Shown: in pieces, positions 9,451 through 16,683 of the stretch | Position numbering within the stretch: position 1 is the first letter of the stretch | How the letters are laid out: every line of letters begins with the position of its first letter | NCBI GenBank assembly: GCA_045531455.1 | Contig: JAZSEA010000060.1 | Span: 5,236-69,235, forward strand | Length of the DNA: 64,000 bases | From: Eubacteriales bacterium | GTDB taxonomy: Bacteria; Bacillota; Clostridia; Oscillospirales; CAG-272 | Direction: 5' to 3' | Position numbers and translations under genes: made by a program | Notes under the pieces: model-generated | What the model saw: the letters and a program-made list of their open reading frames with translations, nothing else | The model's database searches: none | What the model was told of the DNA's origin: nothing

Positions 9451-9479
9451 TTGACTTTTTGCTTTTTTGGAGATATAAT
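9451..9479 (+). promoter_or_regulatory. sigma-70-type promoter for the LD-carboxypeptidase gene; the -35 lies inside a 27-bp palindrome
   Basis: TTGACT, 17 nt, TATAAT. The palindrome GTCAAGTTTTT-cccga-AAAAACTTGAC spans 9429-9455. Confidence 0.5.
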
Positions 9480-9509
9480 TATCTCAATAAATCATCGGAG
9501 GTATTAATC

Positions 9510-10415
9510 ATGATCAAACCCGAAAGACTCAGAGACGGCGACACCATAGGCTTTATCGCGCCCTCATACAGAGCAAAGCGCGACCCCATCGAGCGTGCCG
9601 CGGAGAATCTTCGCAATCTCGGATATAAGGTTAAATTCTCAAAGAATCTCTTTTCAACGACCAACGTATACGCGGGAAGCATAGAGGAACGCGCCGAGGA
9701 CTTCAACGCAATGATCGCCGATCCCGAGGTCAAAATGGTCTTTTTCACGGGCGGTGAGGTCGGAAACGAGATCCTGCCCTTTATCGACTATGAAAATATC
9801 AAGAAGAATCCCAAGATCCTTTGCAGCTACAGCGACAGCACGACCGTGCTCAACGCCGTAAACCATATGACGGGACTCGTCACCTTCTACGGCTCGTCCC
9901 CTCGATTCTTTGAATCTCCTCCAATAGATTACACTCTCTTGAACTTTGAAAAGCGTCTCCGCTCGAACGATCTCGACTATGTCAAGAACAGCGAATGGCG
10001 CGTCATCACTCCGGGTAAAGCCGAGGGCATTCTCGTCGGAGGTTATCTGATGAATTTCGCCGCCCTTCTCGGGCTCGAATGGTACCGCGAGCTTCCCGAC
10101 GAGGATATCATCCTCTTTATCGAGGATCACGAGAAATTCTCGAACGCATCGGTCGTATCAAAATGGTTCACCACCCTCGAGCATCACGGCGTTTTTAAGA
10201 AAGCCAAGGCTCTGATCTTCGGTCATTACTCGCTCGAGCCCTCGCCCGTGATCGACGATATCCTTGCCCGCATCGGAAACCGTTATAATATCCCCGTCAT
10301 CCGCAACGAGGATTTCGGCCACGGCGCAAACGGCGCGATATTCCCGATCTCTACCCGCGCAAAGCTCGACACCGATACTCTCAGCTTCGAGTTCCTCGAG
10401 AGCGGAGTGAAATAA
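9510..10415 (+). CDS. LD-carboxypeptidase (peptidase S66, LdcA/MccF-like)
   Basis: N-terminal GDTIGFIAPS, the CSYSDSTT nucleophile region, and a C-terminal EDFGHG histidine motif. GGAGG RBS before the ATG at 9510. Confidence 0.8.
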   Translation: MIKPERLRDGDTIGFIAPSYRAKRDPIERAAENLRNLGYKVKFSKNLFSTTNVYAGSIEERAEDFNAMIADPEVKMVFFTGGEVGNEILPFIDYENIKKNPKILCSYSDSTTVLNAVNHMTGLVTFYGSSPRFFESPPIDYTLLNFEKRLRSNDLDYVKNSEWRVITPGKAEGILVGGYLMNFAALLGLEWYRELPDEDIILFIEDHEKFSNASVVSKWFTTLEHHGVFKKAKALIFGHYSLEPSPVIDDILARIGNRYNIPVIRNEDFGHGANGAIFPISTRAKLDTDTLSFEFLESGVK

Positions 10416-10655
10416 AATGCTAAATGCAAAATGCAGAATGCATACATATAGCAACTAAATAAAAAATCGAGATGTAATGAAGCAAAAACTTCAAAACATC
10501 TCGATTATGTTATAGGTTAATCGTTTGTTTTGCAAAACTACAGGTTAGAACACAACAAAGGAATATTAGGTGTAAACACAAGAATTAATCATAATATTTT
10601 CCGAGCAAAGCGAGGAAATTTTCCTCAATTTTGCATTCTGCATTCTGCATTTTGC
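10414..10655. repeat. heptamer-armed inverted repeat (full copy) enclosing about 185 bp
   Basis: The left arm is AATGCTAAATGCAAAATGCAGAATGCAT (10414-10443). The right arm is TTTTGCATTCTGCATTCTGCATTTTGC (10629-10655). The arms abut the stop codons of the two convergent genes. Confidence 0.8.
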
Positions 10656-10657
10656 CC

Positions 10658-13651
10658 TTACTCCGTCCTAAGCGCCGCAACGGGATCCTTCTTCGCCGCA
10701 CTTCTGGAGGGAATGAGACCCGAAACGAGAGTCAGCGCCATACTGATAACGACAAGGATCGCCGCAACGTATACGGGAAGCTGAGCCGTAAGATTCGGGA
10801 TACCCGTCAGGTAGACGAGGATCGCGTTGAGCGGGATGCAGAGCAGGTAGGTCGTAAGAACGCCCACGATACCCGAAGCAAAGCCGATGATAACAGTCTC
10901 GGCGTTGAACATACTTGATACGTTCTTCTTTGATGCGCCGATCGCGCGGAGGATACCGATCTCCTTTGTTCTTTCCTGCACCGAGATGAGAGTGATAACA
11001 CCGATCATGATCGAGGAAACGATAAGGGAAACCGAAACGAATCCGATAAGAACGTAGGTGATAGCGTCGATGATGGTCGCGATAGAGGACATCATAATGC
11101 CGAGGTAGTCGGTGTAGCCGATCTTTTCGATCTCGTCAACGCCTTCGTTGTACTTTGCGATAGCCTCCTCGATGATATCCTTATCCGAGAAGGTCGAAGC
11201 GTAAAGGCTGATAGTCGCGGGATCGTCGAGCTCGACGTATCCGAGAGTCATAAGATTGAACTCATAGGAAGTGGATGCAAATGTGATAGCCTCGTCGTAA
11301 TAGATTGCGGCAAGCTCGTCGGTGTAGGAGGGAATAGCGGCATCAAGCGCACCCGCAAGCTGCTCGTCTGTCATAGCCGCGAGCTGAGCCTCAACGCCCT
11401 TGCGGTACTGCTCCTTGACCATCTCGCCGATACCTTCACCGAGAAGACCGTCGAGATCCTCGAGAGTCATAGCGTTGACGTATTCTGCTACGGTCTCGGC
11501 ATCCATACCCATCTGTTCGGTAAGAGTGGTGATGAGAGAATTCCTCTTGACCTCCTCGGTCATAGTACCGAGATAAACGTCAACCTGACCGTCGAGCCAA
11601 GCCTTGTCGGGAATACCCATAACCTTGACGTAGGTGTCAGCCTTCTTTGCGGTGTCGAGACCCGATACGTAATCGCGGAAGATCTCTGCCTTTTCGGCAT
11701 CGCTGAGGTTGCCCTCGCTGAGATCAAAGGGAAGACCCGAGAAAATGTCGTTCGAGGGATCGGCAAGCTGTGCCTTGATAGCGGCGGATGCCTTCGACTG
11801 CTCAACAACGTGCTCGGTGAGCTCGCTTGTGTAAGCAATAGAACCCGTCAGCATCCCCGAAACGGCATCCTCGTTCGGTCGGATGATTCCGACGACCTTG
11901 ATGGGCGTACCGTTGTCGTAGAGATACTTGAGGCCCGCGTTCGTTTCTCTCATATCGGTGTAGAGACCCGTGCGCTCGTCGAGAGTGTAGCAATCGGCGG
12001 GGAATATGGTGCGGAATTCCATATCAAGGATCTCCTGATAGGTCCAGCGGTTGGTGTTTACGGTAAGTGGAGTTTTGTTTATGGCGGCATCAACGATAAT
12101 GTCGATCTCCTCCTCGGAGATAAGACCGAGCGCGTAGAGAGCCATATCCGAGATCTCGTTGTTCGAGTCGAGAACGAGAACGACCTCGTTATACGCCTCG
12201 GGCCATTTACCTTCAACGATATCATACTGCTTTTGGACGATCGGGTTGATCATCTCGACGTCGCCGGGGAGCATCTCCTGCCAGAGACCGCCATATCCCA
12301 TCGAGCCTGACATCATCGAAGCCATAGGATTGCCCGAAGACGAAGATGAATCCATCTGGTCGCGGTTCGAGAGCATCTTGCCGATGAATTTCGTCATGAT
12401 CTCGCCGAGCTGTGCCTGAGTATCAGAATGGATGATAGTGCCGTCGACGTTCTTTGTATAGAGAAGAAGGTTTATGTTGTAGCCGTAATGGATTCCGCTC
12501 AGAGCGTCGTTCAGCCCGAGCTCGGATTCAGTATCCGCGTATTCGCGCTCAATGAATTCCTTGAAAGCCTTGAGATCGTTTTCCTGCGACTCGATGCTGT
12601 TGATGACGTTGACAAAATCGTACATCACCGTCTTGCTGTAGACCGCGTCAAGCTCGTGATCCTCCTTCGCTTCAGCCATATCCATCATAGTGATCATAAG
12701 GCTGCCAAGGTCGATGTGAGTCGATTCAAGCAGGATCGGGGATGAGGAGAGGGTGTCCTCCTGGACCGTGTTGATGTAAGTCGTCAGACCGTTCGAGACC
12801 GCGTAGATCAGCGCGATACCGATGATACCGATGCTTCCCGCAAAGGAGGTCAGCAGAGTTCTGCCCTTCTTGGTGAAGAGATTGCGCAGAGAAAGTCCGA
12901 AGGATGTAAAGAGCGACATCGAGGATTTGCCCATATTCTTGTGCTTGGGAGCCTCAAGAACGCTCTCGTCGATCTCGTAGGGATTCGTGTCGCCGATGAT
13001 CTTACCGTCGCGGAGCTTGACGATTCTGTTCGCGTACTCCTCTGCAAGCTCGGGGTTGTGGGTTACCATAACGACGAGACGGTCCTTTGCGACCTCCTTG
13101 AGGAGTTCCATAACCTGAACGCTCGTCTCGCTGTCAAGCGCACCCGTCGGTTCGTCCGCAAGGAGAATATCGGGGTCGTTGATCAGAGCACGCGCAATAG
13201 CAACTCTCTGCATCTGACCGCCCGACATCTGGTTCGGCTTCTTGTGAAGCTGATCTCCGAGTCCGACTTCAGCCAGAGCCTTCTTTGCGCGTTCGCGTCT
13301 TTCCTTGCGACCGACTCCCGAGATTGTCAGCGCAAGCTCAACGTTTGCGAGAATCGACTGATGGGGAATGAGGTTGTAGCTCTGGAAAACAAAGCCGATA
13401 GTGTGGTTGCGATAGGAATCCCAATCGCGGTCCTTATATTTTTTTGTCGAAATTCCGTTGATGATAAGATCTCCGCTGTCGTAGCGGTCAAGACCGCCGA
13501 TCATATTGAGCAGAGTGGTTTTACCCGATCCCGAGGGGCCGAGTATTGCAACAAATTCGTTGTCGCGAAGGTTGAGGGAAACACCGTCAAGTGCGACCTG
13601 AGTAAGCTCTCCCGTTCTGAAAGTTTTCTTCAAACCCTTAAGCTGAAGCAT
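10658..13651 (-). CDS. fused ABC transporter ATP-binding protein/FtsX-family permease (MacB-like)
   Basis: Walker A GPSGSGKTT, signature MSGGQMQR and Walker B LLADEPT lie in the first ~225 aa. The FtsX-type C-terminus has three TM helices. About 590 aa separate TM1 from TM2. Confidence 0.85.
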   Translation of the reverse strand: MLQLKGLKKTFRTGELTQVALDGVSLNLRDNEFVAILGPSGSGKTTLLNMIGGLDRYDSGDLIINGISTKKYKDRDWDSYRNHTIGFVFQSYNLIPHQSILANVELALTISGVGRKERRERAKKALAEVGLGDQLHKKPNQMSGGQMQRVAIARALINDPDILLADEPTGALDSETSVQVMELLKEVAKDRLVVMVTHNPELAEEYANRIVKLRDGKIIGDTNPYEIDESVLEAPKHKNMGKSSMSLFTSFGLSLRNLFTKKGRTLLTSFAGSIGIIGIALIYAVSNGLTTYINTVQEDTLSSSPILLESTHIDLGSLMITMMDMAEAKEDHELDAVYSKTVMYDFVNVINSIESQENDLKAFKEFIEREYADTESELGLNDALSGIHYGYNINLLLYTKNVDGTIIHSDTQAQLGEIMTKFIGKMLSNRDQMDSSSSSGNPMASMMSGSMGYGGLWQEMLPGDVEMINPIVQKQYDIVEGKWPEAYNEVVLVLDSNNEISDMALYALGLISEEEIDIIVDAAINKTPLTVNTNRWTYQEILDMEFRTIFPADCYTLDERTGLYTDMRETNAGLKYLYDNGTPIKVVGIIRPNEDAVSGMLTGSIAYTSELTEHVVEQSKASAAIKAQLADPSNDIFSGLPFDLSEGNLSDAEKAEIFRDYVSGLDTAKKADTYVKVMGIPDKAWLDGQVDVYLGTMTEEVKRNSLITTLTEQMGMDAETVAEYVNAMTLEDLDGLLGEGIGEMVKEQYRKGVEAQLAAMTDEQLAGALDAAIPSYTDELAAIYYDEAITFASTSYEFNLMTLGYVELDDPATISLYASTFSDKDIIEEAIAKYNEGVDEIEKIGYTDYLGIMMSSIATIIDAITYVLIGFVSVSLIVSSIMIGVITLISVQERTKEIGILRAIGASKKNVSSMFNAETVIIGFASGIVGVLTTYLLCIPLNAILVYLTGIPNLTAQLPVYVAAILVVISMALTLVSGLIPSRSAAKKDPVAALRTE

Positions 13652-13824
13652 CGTTGCCTCCGATAGTAAATAATATGTTAGTTTAAATTATATACCTAAA
13701 AGATAAACTGAATATCAACAAGTAAAATAAATAATTGAACTTAATGTATTTTTTTTATTAATGTTCTTAAAATCGTCACTTTTGTGTTGTATAATAAAGA
13801 AAAAGAGACAGTCGGAGAAGACTA

Positions 13825-14511
13825 ATGGACAGATATAAAGGCAAAAAAGTATCGATCCTCGGTGATAGTATATCGACCTATGCGGGCTTCATTCCCGAGA
13901 CTCACCGCCCCCGATATCCGCAGGATAATCTTGTAACGGACGTAAATAATACTTGGTGGATGAAGGTTTTGAATACGCTTGAAGCCACCCTCGGTGTCAA
14001 TGACAGCTGGGCGGGCTCAACTGTGTCGAATCATCGGGATTTCAATGAGAAGGACTTCGGACCCGATGCCGCAATGGCTTCATATACACGCATCCGCAAT
14101 CTCGGATCGAATGGCATCCCCGATCTGATCTTCTTCTTCGGAGGAACGAACGATGCTGGCAAAATGGTCGAAAAGGGAAGTATCGACAATGCTTTCTCGC
14201 CCGATCCCCAAGCTTATAAATGGAATTGCTTCGCAGATGCCTACAGAGAAGCACTCGCGAGACTCCGCGAGCTCTATCCGAATGCCGAGATAATAGCTAT
14301 GACTCCCTCCTTCAGCAACGGATATTACGATAACGAAAGGCTTTCGGAATTCGCCGATCTGATAATTGAGATCTGCCGCCGCGAGAATATCAAGTGCGTT
14401 GATCTTCGAAAATCCGGCATAACCTTTGATATGCTCCCGGACGGTCTTCATCCGAATGCGGACGGAATGGATCGCATCTACCGAGAGGTAATAAATATTT
14501 TGGAGAAATAA
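13825..14511 (+). CDS. SGNH/GDSL hydrolase family protein
   Basis: Block I ILGDSIS, block III GGTND, and C-terminal DGLHPN. Confidence 0.75.
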   Translation: MDRYKGKKVSILGDSISTYAGFIPETHRPRYPQDNLVTDVNNTWWMKVLNTLEATLGVNDSWAGSTVSNHRDFNEKDFGPDAAMASYTRIRNLGSNGIPDLIFFFGGTNDAGKMVEKGSIDNAFSPDPQAYKWNCFADAYREALARLRELYPNAEIIAMTPSFSNGYYDNERLSEFADLIIEICRRENIKCVDLRKSGITFDMLPDGLHPNADGMDRIYREVINILEK

Positions 14512-14512
14512 T

Positions 14513-15001
14513 ATGAAACTGATCATCACAGACATTAAGGACTTCAAGCTCCCCGTTGATGGTGAGCATAAAATAATCAAGCCCGACGCTATGATCAAGC
14601 ATTGCATAGGCTGCTTCGGATGTTGGATTAAGACCCCCGGCGAATGTGTCATAAAGGACGGATTTCAGTGCACGGGATGGGATATGGGCAGATGCGAGGA
14701 GCTGATCATGATCAGCGAATGCCTATATGGCGGCTTCAGCAGTTTTGTCAAGAAGGTTCAGGACAGATGTATATCCTACGTCCGTCCCGATTTTGCCATC
14801 GTCAACGATGAAATGCGCCACAGACAGAGATATTTCAATAAGATCAGGCTCTCCGCGTACTTCTACGGCGAGGACGTCACCGAGGAAGAGAAGCAGACCG
14901 CCGAGAGTATAGTAAGAGCAAATGCAAAGAATTTCTATGCAGTCGTCGATAAGATCCTTTTTTTCAAGAACGCCGCAGAGCTCGGGGAGGTAACGCTGTG
15001 A
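14513..15001 (+). CDS. flavodoxin-like fold protein (NAD(P)H-dependent FMN reductase-like, lacks the N-terminal GSPR loop)
   Basis: The CIGCFGCWIKTPGECVIKD segment is typical of the family. The usual INGSPR phosphate-binding loop is absent. Confidence 0.5.
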   Translation: MKLIITDIKDFKLPVDGEHKIIKPDAMIKHCIGCFGCWIKTPGECVIKDGFQCTGWDMGRCEELIMISECLYGGFSSFVKKVQDRCISYVRPDFAIVNDEMRHRQRYFNKIRLSAYFYGEDVTEEEKQTAESIVRANAKNFYAVVDKILFFKNAAELGEVTL

Positions 15002-15633
15002 GAATAGCACTTATCAATGCAAGCCCAAAATGCAAGGAGAGCGCAAGCGGTGCTCTGATCGCCGATTTCCTTGCCTGCGCCTATGAAAAATGCGACTGCA
15101 CCGAGATCAGGATGAACCGCTCGAAGATCGAGAAAGAGGTTATCGATTCCCTTAAGGAATGTGAAGCGTGGGTCTTCTTCTATCCGCTCTACGTTGACGG
15201 AGTTCCCGGCCACATCCTCTCCTGTCTCAAGATCCTCGAAAGTCTGAAGAACGAGATCGGTGAGAAATATATCTACGCGGTATCAAACTGCGGCTTTTAC
15301 GACGGTCGTCAGTGCGAATTTTCGCTTGATATCATAAAGCATTGGTCTCGCCGTGCGGGACACGTGTGGGGCGGCGGTATCGGCATCGGAGGCGGAGGCG
15401 CACTTACGGCACTTCTTCATCTCAAGCCGGGCGCAAAACCCAAGTCGAAAATTGATAAAAGTCTCAATTTCTTGCTCGAAAAGATCCTCGAGGAAAATTC
15501 TTTTGAGAAAATTTATGCAAACGTCAGCCTTCCTAGAGCAATTTATAAGATGGCTGCCGAGCACGGATGGGGCAGATCGCTCGTGAAAAACGGGAAAAAG
15601 AAGAGTGATATCAGCGCAACACCCGAAAAATAA
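14998..15633 (+). CDS. flavodoxin-like fold family protein
   Basis: N-terminal MRIALINASPK (family-type loop). The GTG start overlaps the upstream stop by 4 nt. Confidence 0.55.
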   Translation: MRIALINASPKCKESASGALIADFLACAYEKCDCTEIRMNRSKIEKEVIDSLKECEAWVFFYPLYVDGVPGHILSCLKILESLKNEIGEKYIYAVSNCGFYDGRQCEFSLDIIKHWSRRAGHVWGGGIGIGGGGALTALLHLKPGAKPKSKIDKSLNFLLEKILEENSFEKIYANVSLPRAIYKMAAEHGWGRSLVKNGKKKSDISATPEK

Positions 15634-15695
15634 AAAATGCTTTCGAAAAAAACTCAAAAAACTTGCATTTTTTCAAAAAAAATTGAAAAAAGGTA

Positions 15696-15724
15696 TTGAC
15701 AAATAAGTTTGAAAGTGGTATAAT
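15696..15724 (+). promoter_or_regulatory. strong sigma-70-type promoter for the tRNA-Leu genes
   Basis: TTGACA, 17 nt, TGGTATAAT (extended -10), with A-tract-rich upstream DNA. It lies 24 nt upstream of the tRNA 5' end. Confidence 0.7.
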
Positions 15725-15747
15725 ATTACCGTTGTCGAAAGCAACCC

Positions 15748-15832
15748 GCGAGAGTGGCGGAACTGGCAGACGCGCACGTTTGAGGGGCGTGTGGATAACA
15801 CCGTACGGGTTCAAGTCCCGTTTCTCGCACCA
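15748..15832 (+). tRNA. tRNA-Leu(GAG), class II, CCA encoded
   Basis: Manual cloverleaf: acceptor GCGAGAG/TTCTCGC (one G-U pair), anticodon loop TTGAGGG, T-arm ACGGG-TTCAAGT-CCCGT, and a long variable arm. Confidence 0.9.
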
Positions 15833-15861
15833 AGCAAAGCAGCCGTATGGCTGCTTTGCTT
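15832..15861 (+). terminator. trailer hairpin after tRNA-Leu(GAG)
   Basis: 13-bp perfect stem AAGCAAAGCAGCC/GGCTGCTTTGCTT that starts at the terminal A of the CCA. No clear U-run follows. Confidence 0.5.
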
Positions 15862-15873
15862 ATATAATAAGAA

Positions 15874-15977
15874 AATATGCGGATGTGTGCGGAACCAATT
15901 CCGCCGCATTAAGCAAACAAAACTTAATATGCGGATGTGTGCGGAACCAATTCCGCCGCATTAAGCATACAAAACTT
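15874..15977 (+). repeat. 2 x 52-bp tandem repeat carrying a palindromised copy of the tRNA-Leu(CAG) 5' end
   Basis: AATATGCGGATGTG recurs at 15874, 15926 and 15978, the last being the real tRNA start. The two units differ at one base. Confidence 0.9.
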
Positions 15978-15982
15978 AATAT

Positions 15983-16069
15983 GCGGATGTGGCGGAATTG
16001 GCAGACGCGCTAGATTCAGGTTCTAGTGGGGGCAGCTCCATATGGGTTCAAGTCCCTTCATCCGCACCA
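15983..16069 (+). tRNA. tRNA-Leu(CAG), class II, CCA encoded
   Basis: Manual cloverleaf: acceptor GCGGATG/CATCCGC, anticodon stem CTAGA/TCTAG with loop TTCAGGT, T-loop TTCAAGT. There is one T-T mismatch in the T-stem. Confidence 0.88.
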
Positions 16070-16109
16070 ACACAAAACGGGATGACCTTTGGTCATCCCG
16101 TTTTGTGTT
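16069..16109 (+). terminator. trailer hairpin/terminator after tRNA-Leu(CAG)
   Basis: 19-bp perfect stem AACACAAAACGGGATGACC/GGTCATCCCGTTTTGTGTT with a 3-nt loop. It begins at the terminal A of the CCA. Confidence 0.65.
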
Positions 16110-16129
16110 GGTATGAATTATATGGACGC

Positions 16130-16676
16130 CGAACCCCTTGATGTCGCTAGCGACATCAAAAATTTGCGCGCTATTGCAGCATAAAAGTATAATACCCAAT
16201 AATGCGCGCAAATAGGGGTTCGTAAGTCCCTTCATCGCGGTGGATTCTGACTGTCGCTAGCGGCATCAAAAATTTGCGCGCGATCGCAGCATAAAACTAT
16301 AATGCCCAATAATGCGCGCAAATAGGGGTTCGTAAGTCCCTTCATCGCGGTGGATTCTAACTGTCGCTAGCGACATCAAAAATTTGCGCGCTATTGCAGC
16401 ATAAAAGTATAATGCCCAATAATACGCGCAAATAGGGGTTCGTAGGTCCTTTCATCGCGGTGGATTCTAACTGTCGCTAGCGACATCAAAAATTTGCGCG
16501 CGATCGCAGCATAAAACTATAATACCCAATAATGCGCGCAAATAGGGGTTCGTAAGTCCCTTCATCGCGGTGGATTCTGACTGTCGCTAGCGACATCAAA
16601 AATTTGCGCGCTATTGCAGCATAAAAGTATAATGCCCGATAATGCGCGCAAATAGGGGTTCGTAAGTCCCTTTATC
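16130..16676 (+). repeat. tandem array of five 110-bp structured units with a tRNA-Leu T-arm mimic (tRNA-linked element, function unknown)
   Basis: GTCGCTAG recurs at 16143, 16253, 16363, 16473 and 16583. Each unit has a 12-22 bp palindrome, a 10-bp inverted repeat ATTTGCGCGC/GCGCGCAAAT, and GGGGTTCGTAAGTCCCTTCATCGCGGTGG. Confidence 0.95.
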
Positions 16677-16683
16677 CAAACTA

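Noticed and set aside
16162-16200. Each 110-bp unit carrying its own promoter (TTGCGC-N18-TATAAT)
   Set aside because: Not fully rejected but down-weighted. The hexamers lie in the loop of stem S3, which is not conserved in the copy at 41.5 kb, and the 18-nt spacing and the -35 are sub-optimal.
16023-16235. 70-aa ORF across the tRNA-Leu(CAG) 3' end and the first repeat unit
   Set aside because: It overlaps a tRNA gene and its terminator, it has no RBS, and the sequence is repeat-derived.
16130-16676. CRISPR array interpretation of the 110-bp tandem repeats
   Set aside because: There are no unique spacers, because whole units are near-identical. The 110-bp period is far larger than a CRISPR repeat plus spacer. 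No cas genes are in the window.
16130-16676. Diversity-generating retroelement (TR/VR) or retron msr/msd
   Set aside because: Differences between units are not adenine-specific, and the copies are tandem rather than a template/target pair. No reverse transcriptase ORF lies nearby.
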